Shown here: positions 38,044-49,863 of the stretch, piece after piece | Position numbering within the stretch: position 1 is the stretch's first letter | How the letters are laid out: each line of letters opens with the position of its first letter | Assembly: GCA_002633005.1 (NCBI GenBank) | Contig: NMRA01000179.1 | Location: 217,954-281,953 of the forward strand | Reading direction: 5' to 3' | DNA from: Phoronis australis | Lineage: Eukaryota; Animalia; Phoronida | Length of the DNA: 64,000 nucleotides | Translations under genes and position numbers: made by a program | The notes under the pieces: generated by a model | Databases searched by the model: none | Told to the model about the DNA's origin: nothing | The model's input: the letters and a program-made list of their open reading frames with translations, nothing else

Positions 38044-41000
38044 GTAGTACTTTTTATAATTGCTTTTTAGAATTTTGTCCATATTCGTTCTCTTAAGATA
38101 TTTATACCCTATATTTTAGTGTAAACCGCATTATAAGGAATTTCAACAGAGTCCAATTTAATAAAAATATCCCGATATGTGATATTTTAATATGACATTA
38201 ATTTTGTGTGAGGTGAACTAAAATTTTACATGTGAAGTTTTTGCCGTGTGGTGCACATAGAAATGGGCACTGATAGGAATGACAATGAACTTCGCATTTT
38301 ATAAACTTAGAACATTTATAATAAAAAATGTAAAATATTGTTACAGTGGTTCGACACTACATGTGCTTAGTGACGCTAATACAGCCAATCACAAAGTGGG
38401 GCGAAATTATACAAGTCATGTGACCAACCTGTACGGTGAAAGCATTACCGAGCTAAATTCTCGTAACTGTTTATTGTCTGAGTTGTTTTTCGCAGAAATT
38501 ACCCCCAGCGAGCTTTGTTCGGAATCAAAATTCCTCTGGGTGAGCTGCTGGACTAAGATGCGGTCTTACAATTTTCATTTAAAACGAGAGGGCTCCGCAC
38601 AGTTTTAATTTATCGTAGATTATTTTTAAATTGTGATATTTTTACTTTAGTTTTTCCTTACTACAAATCTCCTCTGGAAAACAAAATGAGGATCACTGTC
38701 TTAAGTTTCTTCTGCTCGAACCTCCAAAACGGACCCGGGACAGACCTGATACAAAACCGAAATGTGCGCGAGTTACTGAAATGTCACTAACCTCTAATGA
38801 ATGATTGAAATCTTTTTGAAAACGGATTTTGCAGTTTCGTGCTCTGTATGTCTCAGTTTTGAAGAACAATAATGTTTTGGACAAAACTCAAAATTGTCAG
38901 GAAGGTGCAAAGACAACTAATTTTCTTTGAAAAATGCAGTTATTTTGTTTTAAAGACTATAAAATACGTTTTGATCATACATATATTTAAATGAAATTGA
39001 GCCATTAATCGTTTTTTGATTAATTTTGATGGAAAGCGGATTTGTTGGCGCTGGAAACCCGAGCGAGAAATAGTGCACTTTATTACAGAATGGTGAACTT
39101 TGTTAAAGTTAATTACGAAAAATACAATGTACAATAGTAAAACCTAAACCCAGTTGTTTTCCAGTCATGTGAATCCCATAGGCGGATCCAGGTGGTCAGG
39201 GGGGCCCGGACCCTACTTCTTCCCTTGATTTTAGTGATATCAACTCTAGAATTTTCAAATTGTTGACCTTTTACTCCTTTTTAAAAAACCCTAGATCTGA
39301 CCCCCCAGTTAGCAATCCTGGATACGCCCCTGCATCATGTCTTCCATCTTCACCTATAAGCGCTGGAAGTTATATCCTTGAATATATTCGTATGCGTTTT
39401 GTCGATTCTATTATTCGCTTGACAAGGGCTAATATTGAACAGTCGTCGCAGTCAACCGCTGAGTAACGTTGAGGTTTCGCGTCACATGATATCTCTCGAT
39501 TTTATTCAAGGCTTTCGCAGGGATATTAGGGAAACTTCACAATATGTATGGGCCTAAATATGCGCACGCTCAGAAAAGTGACGGAATCCGTTAGTATCTG
39601 TGTAGTGGGCAATACAAAATACTTTGTAAACCGATACGACAAAAGCTGCAACCAGTGGCGTAGGCAAAGTAGAGACACATCGGAGTCGTGGCCCTCGGCA
39701 ACTGTTCGACAAAAAGTAATATGCTCGACTCCTCCTGACCATTGTTAAGTGCCCAAAAGTTGCCAGTCGTTTCAAATTCAGCCCCATCTCGCGATCGTGT
39801 TTGTCTGTTCGTCCAAGCATTACTGTAGATGTAGTTACGCCAGTACAATAGCTATAACATAACTTTGTCACACAGAAGGCATCTTAGCCAAATGCATGTA
39901 TAGAACTACATGTGTTTATAGAATTGCACGTACAGTTGGTTCAGTCTGTTTTGTCGACCGAGACCAACAGGAAGTTCAGGAAAACGGCGAAATGGTATCC
40001 GCTTCCTCCGTTCCATTCACGCGCGCCGTGTGCTAGTTAAGTAAAACGTAAAACAGCTAATTTAAAGAATACCTTTATCACCGAAGCGGCCAGTTTCAGT
40101 TGGTATCTGATGTTTTCTTTCAATTCCCCACTTTCGTGAAGTCGTACAACTTCCCGTTTGATAATGAAGAATAAATTTACACAGCAAATTGGAAAGCAGA
40201 CGTTTCCGAAAGTCTGCCATTATATGGTAATTTCGTCATTTGCACGCATTATAGTTTAAGCACTTTGTGCAATCTTTTCAGGTGTTCTTCTGTTGAAGGT
40301 TACGCGACGTTTTCGCATGTCACTATTAATTGATTGCCTGAATTAAAGCAGTTGTTTATTTCAGTAATTCGATTTTCCTTGAGATTTGGCACTTTATACG
40401 TCCCACGTTCAGGTGTATAATGCTCAAAAACAAAGAATGGCAACGGAACCTCTAAACTGTGATATTTTTCACTTTTAATACTGAAACTGACATAATGCTA
40501 GTTCAATAATTACATTACCTACATTGAGAAATATCTAATCCGTTCGACCGATGGCAGTGACATTAAAACGCCAAATTTTGAAGAAGTTATTACTCTGAAA
40601 CGTCAACCCACAGGGCCTTAATGATTCTCATTTGATACTAGGTTCAATACACTTTATCCGGATAGAATTTAAGTAATTACGTAGGCTGTTTTGTGAACGC
40701 GTAGGAGCATGATGTCTGGATTTCAATGGTGGCTCTCGATAGTAACGGCTCATTGAATAGAAAATACTTTATCATGTGCAGGGACATATTCGACTACACC
40801 AGGCTACTCGAAACACGCTTGAAAGCTTTCACTGACTAAGGGGAGGAATCAAAAACACGAGAATTAATTGCTTGCCACTAATGGCGGATCTTGTTCTTAT
40901 CGGCCACTTGAGGGTTGTTCTTGAGGGCTTTCGAAACATTTCGAGTTTCCTGTACTAGTTTCTGTTACCAATTGATAATTGCCATGGTAATTACATATTC

Positions 41001-44000
41001 ACATGTGCTGCACTAACCTTGTTGCAAAGCCGTTGATGCAGCTTTGGAACGATGTGGACAAAAACATGACGAGCTAAAATCTGACATAAAATTAATGTAA
41101 TTAAAACTGCCCTTTTCCTTGAGTAAAGTAAATTAGTGCTAAAAAAAATTGCCGTTATGCCGCTTCTGTTCTGCTAAATTTGTGAATTATTATCATACGT
41201 CGACTCTCAGCTCCATGAAGTAGAGCGCCACCTATTAGCTAGTGTATTATTTTCCGATTCTTCCTTCAATTGTTATCTTTTACAAGGTTGCAAACGTTCT
41301 CAACAAAACCCCAGAATTGATTTCGCTTCGCTATTCACTACTTGCACACTTTGGTGGATCTGCAAAAATTATTGTGCATTATTGTTTAGGACGCAATGCC
41401 TCGTTCTAGCATCAATTTTAACAACGCAAACGTGAAAGGCGCATGTTCATGCACAACCATTTGTAGTTTGGACACAAAACTTCGTTTTCAAGCACAATGG
41501 CAAATTCTTACTAGTAGTGAATAACTTTTAAATATTTTATAATCAGCAACCGAGTTTCTGAGCAAATTCTGCTTCGGCCAAGCTGTCATCATCTCTCGAA
41601 AAAATGTCCCAAAAATGGCAAATGTTGCGACTGACTTTTCTTTGTGGCCAAAACGGTTGGTAACTGATAAAAAGCGTCGCGTTTGCAGTAACGTCCTTAC
41701 AACTACCATCTTAGCTACGACCAGCTTTACTACGTTTGACCAAAGCGTTATGCATAATGTTTCATGTATTAGTACACAACCTAAAGGGATCTGGCTAACT
41801 TTGACAAAATTTTGCACAAACTAACGAAGCATGATTCGGTGATTCTCTACTGACGTCAAACATCGAGTAACATAATGTTATCTTTGTAGTAATTACATTA
41901 TGTGCAATAAATACCTGATATTCTCGAGATATTGAAATCGTCACGAGATTTTGAGGCAAATCGTCCGTATTATAGACGATTTGAAAAGCAGTTTTCTATC
42001 ACCATCTGGAATGCGTAGTTCCCTACCACTCGGCTGGCTATAGCAGATTAGCCCGGAAACTATAGGGTTAGTTCTGGCCTGTACCAAGACTAATTTTTTT
42101 CATCGACTAAACTCCCCCGCATCAAATCAGCCAAGCTCTGGTATTTTTTTTCTTTTAAAACCTAGTACACAAAGGCATGAAAGCAAGGTACAGCAAGGTT
42201 TCAGGCGACAGGATTTGGCAAGCGCATTGTTTTGCTCGTATGGAGTGAATTTCCCTTTTTTTAAATGTAAGCAACTAAACAGCAATCGCTCTACCGACTC
42301 AATTGTCAGAAAAGAAAACAGGAACCTGAAACAAGTATTTTTTTGAAGTATGTGACCAAAATAGCTAACATCGTGTGTTATTTTCAGTGACGTGCTACCA
42401 TGCACCCCAGGGAAGAAGGGTGGAGAGTTCGAGTTACTCGGCACCATCATCGTGGTGCCGCCCTCTGTGTTCGGAAAGAGAGATCAGCTGACGGTAACGA
42501 GAGTGGCTCCCTCCGAGCGCCATCTATATTTTCCTGACGTTGCCAAAGGCGAGAGTTTGAGCGGCCATATTTATGAGATCAGCGCCTCCGTGCCATTAAG
42601 TAGAGGGGTCGCAATTCGTCTACCTTACTGTCATGAGGAGAGAAGAAACTACGGAACAAAACTTAAGTGGAAACCCCATGCGAGTGATGACAACCCAAAC
42701 CCCACGTGGGACTATTTTTCGACTTTTCACATGGTGAAGGTAAACTTTCTTTTCTGTGTTTGTTATTCAGACTTTTGTCACGTGAAATCAATCGCCTCTT
42801 AGATTCAGCGCAGGCGAAGAGCTGCGATCTGAGCTGGCTGTCTCCAGTGAACGATACACTAGCTCGTTGATAACTACGCGAGTCTTGTATGCGCTGAGCA
42901 TGGTCTCACAAGCAGAAACGAATTGTTAATTCTTTCCAACTAATCCCACTGAGAAAGAAATCATTCGTCATGTGAGTAGAGAACAAGTTGAGACCAATTT
43001 TGTCACTGGTTTGTCTGACAGAAGAACGGGTTTATCGCCGCTTTCAGCTCTGTGAACAGACCGGGAACTTGTTATTGGGTGAATGTATGCAAAACGCCCG
43101 AACCCCGGTAAGCGTGCTCGAAAAGAACATTAACTATTGTCATATTGAATTTTACAGACTTCCAGGGGTGACCTGTTGGAGTTGATGACAGAACAGCTCG
43201 GCACATTCGCTGTGGTGTCCGCCTTGCTGACTGAGACGTTTCAGATTAGTCCACAGGGCTGTCTTTACAATAGTCACACCAACCGCCATATAAACATCCG
43301 CTTCCCAAAAAAGTACCTGGACAAAGCAATCGAATGGGAACTATTGGTAGGTCATACATCCCAGACTTTATACTGATATTTATGTCAGCTAGTTTCATAT
43401 GCATGTACTCTATGATTACATCAAGTTCCTTCTACAAAAATTAATGCATATTTGAGTCATGTGGTAGACCTTAAAATGATTTCTATGATTTTGGCTATTG
43501 CATTTCCTTAACAACTCATAGGATACGTTCTTGGCAGTGTCAGTGCTATGTCCTCAGTTGTGCGTTACCGTTTTAAAGCCATAGAACTCTCACCCGATCT
43601 CATTGCCTGTAGTTCTGTGGTTGTCTCATTGTAAGCTAAGCACTTCCTCATAGTGCACCAGAATTCACAAATGATCTAAACTCGTTTTTTTTATTTTTAC
43701 CGCCGAGGCTTCAGCAATTTTCGCAACTATTTGATAACATAGTTGCTCTTAATACTTTTAAATGTAGACTTAGGCATAATAGGCTTTCATATGAATGTTC
43801 AGTAAATATTTTTAATGTCCTCTTACATCTTAGATATGGCCAATGAGAATGGACAGAGCGGAGCACACCAAGAGCGTCATGTACATTTCCGATTGTTCGG
43901 AGTTTATTGCGTGCTCGGATTTCTTCGAGCTTAGATCACCGGAATACAAGGGAGAACAATTTCGGCGGCCGGTGACAATAAGGGTGCCGCTGCCGAGTCA

Positions 44001-47000
44001 CTTGGAGACGGACGCAGAAAACAATGTGGACAGGCCGGATTTGTCGGTGCTTTGCAAAACGGAAAAGGACGGTGACGATTGGGAACTAATCGAGGGAAAC
44101 GTCAAGTTCACAAAAGACTCGGCCAGCTTTGATGTTTCGCGGTTTTCTGTGTAAGTAATATATAAGCTCAATACCACGCCAATGTGGATTTTTCAAAGAG
44201 CTGACGCATACAAGGTAACAATCGCACCTACGTGTAAGGTGCGCTCCGCAAACCCACGACACTTTACTGACGAGGCACTTGCAAGAAGAAATCTCCAGTT
44301 ATATAGCGAAAACCGTTCAGTATTCCATCTTTGGCGACTGAACAACTACGCTAGCAAGGCTCCGGGGTTTAACGCGACACATTCGCTTGCTGCTCATTTG
44401 CATCAACTTGGCCTCGTTTTTCGCTAGAGGTTTCAGTGCTCTGTAGAACGCACCTCTGTTTAAACGCATGCATCCAAGTTGTCACTTTATAGTCCCTCTG
44501 GCCACTGACTGTCCCCGTACTTCTTGAGCAGCTTTCTTCTCATGCTGCACATGCGATAATAACCAGAGGAATCATTCTTCATGGCGTGAATATCTAGTAC
44601 GGGCGACTCATATAGTCTGATGTAGCTGTACCTGTTGCTTTCATCCTGTACTCGTCTGTGTGCATTTATTCGGTACGTTTTGTTACAAATACTGTGTCGT
44701 TATGCAATTTTAGATAGTCAATTTTATAAAGAGTATTCTCTTTTCAGCTTCGCTATTGTGCAATCTAAGCCGGGGCGTGGGAAGCGACTCCAACCGGCCA
44801 TACCTAAAATTTACCAGCAGAACTTTAAGATACAAGGGGACATTGTCACTTTCTTGTCTCTCGAGAAGAAAAGGTGGTTTCTGTGGATTGAGGCCGTAAA
44901 GGGCCAAGGTTGCACAGAAACAGCCGCAAGCTCACGGACAGCACAGAAGGGCGTTGACTTGAAATATTATGAGTATTCGGATCAGCCGGTAGAGGAAAAA
45001 AAAGTGACATTCAGTGGAAGGCGGTCTTACAACCGTATACGACGAAGTGCTCCCGAGACGCCGGAGGCCGTGACGGACAATATTGAGTTCTCTGAGGGTT
45101 CTTCCCTTTTGATAGACATTGCCGGAGACGTAGAGACTGTCGATGGTGATAACAACTCTCAGAATCTTCCTTTTTACTTTTCGGAGAAGTCGCGGGACAA
45201 CTACAGGATATTTGAGATCCGTCCAACCACGTTGGAGGAACGGCAGCTGATATTCGTCGTTGAAATTTCCAAAATGAACCCGGATGAGAATAAATACAAA
45301 CGAGTGCGCCACCAGTCATTCACAATAGACCAAACAACGGTCAAGAACTACTTCTTCGTGGAGCCGGAACCGGAACCTGAGCCTATGGAGGTAAATTTCC
45401 AGCTTCTGTTCTCGAAAGTAAGACGCTTATAAATGCAATACCCTGAACTTAATTCGATTTCAATTTGTTGAACATTAATTACTCGGGCAGTTTAAGTGTG
45501 ACACGCTAACTTAAAGTACATTTACTGTAAGCATACGAAAATAGGATATGAATCGTGGTATTATTGTGCTTTTTCTTACTATTACACGTTAACGAGTTTG
45601 AAGTAGATAATATCGCTTGTTGGCATCTGAATTTCATTTTTAGATGTATTTGTGAATCTGTTCGAGGAAAGACCAAGGAAAGTGTAGATTCGTTTGAATT
45701 TTTCAGATAGAGGTTTCGATATCCAGCCCAGAGAAAGACGAGTCCGAAATGTCTAGTCCAAGCCCGCAGAAGAAACCGAGCAATGAAACTCTTCAGCCAG
45801 TTTTGTCCAACGCTTTCTTGCGTCTAACGACATTGACCAAACCCCGAGTGACTTGTAAGTATCTTTATATAATCTTGCACATGCACTCAGCATCGAGGAT
45901 TCGGAAAACATTGGTTTCCACTCGCCCAGCGATTTAGTTTCAGAACGGCTTCGACGCAATACATAGTCCCCACTAAGTACATAGTTACGCAATCGCATAA
46001 AGTTATATTCGTTGCTTCTCTATTATGTTTTATTAATTGCTAGAACCTAGGTCATGCTATTTTCATTTCGAGAAAGCTACTGAGCAAACTGTCAATTTCA
46101 AGCGCGTTCGTTTATCAGCAACCAATATGTACGCGGTACCTAAGGATGCCTTAGTTAAGGCCCGTGAGGGGATCAAAATGTGCCCTTGGCAGGACCAGCC
46201 TTCGTTATTAAGTAAGATTTTATTTCCAGGACAAACAATGAACTAGAATAGTTTGGGGACGTCTAGTCTCCCCTATGGTACTAGTCTAAGTGTGGTGTAG
46301 TGTCAAGTGGACAACAGCCGTAGCCACACGTGATGGTTGCTCGGTTAGTGCAAAACGCCATCTTGGCCATGCGAAGTTAGCATGCCACAGGAAATAAAAA
46401 GCAGTTTGACTTTTGCGGAATTCAAGGAAGTCTTTATCGTAGTGCCCGATTGTGGGAAGTTCTTTCTTAAGTTACACCGATTGTTGGGATCACTCAGTTT
46501 AGGAAAACATTGCAATTTGCATACAGCATCGCTTCATGCGGTAAATTTTGCACGTGTGCGCACTACGTGTCACTTGAGTAGCTTGACCGTAAATCTTCCA
46601 TTCTATCTTAAAAGTCCGATGCAAGCACCTCGTGTAGTTTTAATGTAAAGAAAAGAGGAAAGGTCACAATGGATGACAACGTAGCTTGAATGAAACGTTC
46701 AAAGTAGAACAGGAGCAGTTGTCCCAAGCATTTTCATAAAAATACGNAGAAACCAAAACTGTACTTATATAGATCTATTAAGAATGACTATTGTGTAGAA
46801 GAGTATTTACGTCTGCCGGTGTCTCAGAGGTCCGTCATAGCTCGATTGAGAGCAGGTATTCTACCATTAGAGGTTGAGGTGGGGCGGTACTTCGGAATCC
46901 CTGTGAATGAACGGATTTGTCGTGTTTGTAAAAAAGGAATTGAAGATGAAGTTCATTTCATTTTTGATTGTGAAAAATATACTCACATTCGACCATATTT

Positions 47001-47720
47001 TTTACGGCGTTCAGCCCTACCTCAAATATTCCAAAATAACTTGAAAGGTCTAGCAAAATTCATTCAAGACGCTTTGCAGGTTAGAAGTAATTGTTTGTTT
47101 ATAAACTAGTCTGAAGTGGTCGTATTTGAGCTTGTGCAATTTGTTATGTAATGATTTAATTATTATTAGGTGACTGAGTAAGCCCATTGAGGCTGGGGGG
47201 TGTGGTGAATAATCTGTCTTTGATATTGTATTTACTGGTACCCTTATGTCACTATAGTAAATAAATAAATAAATAATAAGTAAAATTACATTATCACTGT
47301 ACTGGACGTAATTACCGAACGAACATTCGTTTTATAATCTCAACTACGTTACGACTCACAGCCAATTATACAAGTTCCGCAAATTTCCTTTCAGTGTGCA
47401 AAGAGCCAAAAGTGCTGTCGGGAAAAAGTTTGCAGACACTATCCAAACAAATACCAGAAGGTCTGACGTTGGCAGTCTATCTCAATGTACCCGACTCTAC
47501 CATAACAGGAATAGGCTTCGACGCGCTCTCCAATGGACACTCGCTCAACATGGTGACTTACAAAATATTGTTGGCCTGGAAACGCAAGGCCAAACCGAGA
47601 GACAAATTGGTGGAGATGCTGGTTGATGCTCTGAAAGATATGGGGCGCTATGACATCACAGATGTCCTCCTCACAAAGCACAAGGAGAATGTGGAGTTGT
47701 CTCCCCAGGACTTTATGTAG
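37913..47720 (+). CDS. ZU5-ZU5-(UPA-like)-death domain protein (DTHD1/PIDD/ankyrin-ZZUD-like), 7 coding exons, 701 aa
   Basis: join(37913-38043, 42388-42739, 43158-43346, 43834-44150, 44748-45390, 45707-45854, 47395-47720) = 2106 nt, open throughout with GT-AG introns and matching phases (2,0,0,2,0,1). ZU5 motifs: GGEFELLGTIIVVPP...GESLSGHIYEI...VAIRLP...QLGTFAVV, and ISPQG...INIRFP...FRRPVTIRVPLP...DWE...FDVSRFSVFAIV. C-terminal death domain: LQTLSKQI...LAVYLNV...YKILLAWK...LVDALKDMGRYDI. Confidence 0.85.
39177..39332. mobile_element. hAT-like MITE (same subfamily as 32076)
   Basis: CATAGGCGGATCCAGG ... CCTGGATACGCCCCTG, with the shared interior ATTTTAGTGATATCAA.TCTAGA.TTTTCAAA. TSD not preserved. 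Confidence 0.7.
42388..42739 (+). CDS. ZU5/death-domain gene exon 2 (ZU5-1)
   Basis: ttttcag| DVLPCTPGKKGGEFELLGTIIVVPPSVFG...FHMVK |gtaaac. Confidence 0.88.
43158..43346 (+). CDS. ZU5/death-domain gene exon 3
   Basis: tttacag| TSRGDLLELMTEQLGTFAVVS...ISPQGC...INIRFPKK...WELL |gtaggt. Confidence 0.88.
43834..44150 (+). CDS. ZU5/death-domain gene exon 4 (ZU5-2)
   Basis: tcttag| IWPMRMDR...FRRPVTIRVPLP...SFDVSRFS |gtaagt. Confidence 0.9.
44748..45390 (+). CDS. ZU5/death-domain gene exon 5 (UPA-like region)
   Basis: ttttcag| FAIVQSKPGRG...EPEPEPEPME |gtaaat. Lies within the longest ungapped ORF in the window. Confidence 0.88.
45707..45854 (+). CDS. ZU5/death-domain gene exon 6 (linker)
   Basis: tttcag| IEVSISSPEKDESEMSSPSPQKKP...KPRVT |gtaagt. 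Phase 1 matches the last exon. Confidence 0.8.
46748..47278 (+). mobile_element. 3' fragment of a non-LTR retrotransposon (RTE-X-like) in the last intron
   Basis: ORF2 C-terminus KPKLYLY...RLRAGILPLEVEVGRY...ERICRVCKKGIEDEVHFIFDC (CCHC knuckle), stop at 47109, then a short 3' UTR and a (TAAA)n tail at about 47258-47278. The 5' end abuts a single N. Confidence 0.85.
47395..47720 (+). CDS. ZU5/death-domain gene exon 7 (death domain, stop)
   Basis: tttcag| (L)CKEPKVLSGKSLQTLSKQIPEGLTLAVYLNV...ILLAWKRK...LVDALKDMGRYDITDVL...QDFM*. Confidence 0.9.
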
Positions 47721-48303
47721 ACGTTTGTCTTGCACTTGTTCCACTTAAACTATTGCTTCAAAAGTGTTCACAAGCTCCGATTTAAACAGTGTGGATCCTC
47801 TGAAACTAAAACTGGGCACGTACACCGCAATTTTCAGAAAATGGGTCCACATCAAAACTTAGTTTTCTAAAGCATTCTTGTACATGCCTAAATTGTCAGT
47901 TAGGAGGGTTTTCAGGAACTGGCGCGTTCATGAAGCAGACCTCCATTAATGCAAGAATATCCGTGTTCTATTTGACATTCGGTAAGAGGTTATCCAGTGT
48001 AACGCACAATCACGTGCTTAACTATGAATCAAATTTGACCGGCTGAACTGTTACAGCCCGATGCGATTACGTACGCATGCGCCATCAGTCGAGAAGTGGT
48101 GAAGTCGAGGTCAGCACTTTCAAGTTTGTGCCGTCGGGTACTATAATGCTCGTTTGCAGATCACTGTTGGGAAAACCAGGGCTACTTTACTTGAAATCTG
48201 TTTTTAAGGAATTTGGCTAGGTCAGGCAAATATTCGCAAGATATCATTGCGCATTAAATGCGTATCACATGATCACAAAAGCTTTCACTGACGTTTATCT
48301 TGC

Positions 48304-49248
48304 TACACCGAACGCCGAGACTTCAGGGTTTCTTTCATCAAGGTCAGTTTCATGCGTCTTTTGCGCAAGTTTCAGCGATATACACTCTATAGCCCTACAG
48401 TCCCATTGGAAGCGCTGTCATGACTCACTTAAGTTGTTGAACATGTAACACACACTACTTTGTGGGGCTTAAAAGTATTACTTCCTTTACATTCACCATT
48501 AGAACACAAGGCATAGTGTGTTTCGTCAGTCCAAAGATAGTTCACTGTTTAAAATTATTTATCATTTGTAGCTGCGCTGATAGAACATTATTTGTGCTTA
48601 AGTTCTGACTAAAGTGAGTTGCGTTAAAATCCCTTTTATGAATGAAATTTTTAAGTAAAATGAAGCAGTAAGAGTATCGTAAATGTGTGTAGGGCGCAGT
48701 ATTCATGTTTTGAGCTCGTTGACAACGCACGATGAGAAGGAACGGTGATTTGAAATTTTTGATTTGCTTGTTTTANTACACCGAACGCCGAGGCTTCAGG
48801 GTTTCTTTCATCAAGGTCAGTTTCATGCGTCTTTTGCGCAAGTTTCAGCGATATACGCTCTATTGCCATACAGTCCCATTGGAAGCGCTGTCATGACTCA
48901 CTTAAGTTGTTGAACATGTAACACACACTACTGTGTGGGGCTTAAAAGTATTACTTCCTTTACATTCACCATTAGAACACAAGGCATAGTGTGTTTCGTC
49001 AGTCCAAAGATAGTTGACTGTTTAAAATTATTTATCATTTGTAGCTGCGCTGATAGAACATTATTTGTGCTTAAGTTCTGACTAAAGTGAGTTGCGTTAA
49101 AATCCCTTTTATGAATGAAATTTTTAAGTAAAATGAAGCAGTAAGAGTATCGTAAATGTGTGTAGGGCGCAGTATTCATGTTTTGAGCTCGTTGACAACG
49201 CACGATGAGAAGGAACGGTGATTTGAAATTTTTGATTTGCTTGTTTTA
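48304..49248. repeat. 472-bp tandem duplication joined by a single N (probable haplotype overlap artefact)
   Basis: 48304-48775 matches 48777-49248 with a few SNPs. The N is at 48776. Confidence 0.85.
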
Positions 49249-49863
49249 GGTCTTGTTTATTTTTGATTTATTTTAGTCATTTGAAACACAATGGCGACAA
49301 AGTTTTAAAATGTACCTGTAAGATTTAGCTACTTTTAGCTTTATGATGGTCAGGGTTACTCCGTATGCGTGTGCACTAAGTGCACTTCAGTTATTTCTAC
49401 CAGTACACCTTACATGTATTTTATTAGACTGATTAGTATCTGTTCTCGCCAGGGTGTACCTGTATGGCTTGGCTAATTAATACAAGGTGTCCTCTTGTGA
49501 GTTACTTGTGATTGCATCATAACCCATAAAGTGCCTTTTGTTTAGAATAAAAAAATTACCAGTACACTATATTGATGTTCAATGTTACAAGTCAAACTCC
49601 GTCCTATTGCTTGGTGTCCAGATCAACAACAAAGTTGGGTGTGCCAAAATTCCTTAAGAGCATCTACCATTCAGTCGGTCAGAAAATTCTTCAAATTATT
49701 GCATAATGCGGGGCATGCAAAGCTACGCACACGCACGCACATGTCGTACCCAAGTACAAAATCCCCCCTTCCCCCTTTGGCTTATGTCCCAACCACTTTT
49801 ACCAACTACTGATCAGTTCATTGTCATTAATACAAAAATTTGCAACAACCCGACTGAGTTTAA

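Noticed and set aside
48304-49248. 472-bp tandem duplication giving twin ORFs (MRCQRAQN...)
   Set aside because: There is a single N at the junction and the ORFs are antisense to the probable 3' UTR. Treated as an assembly artefact.
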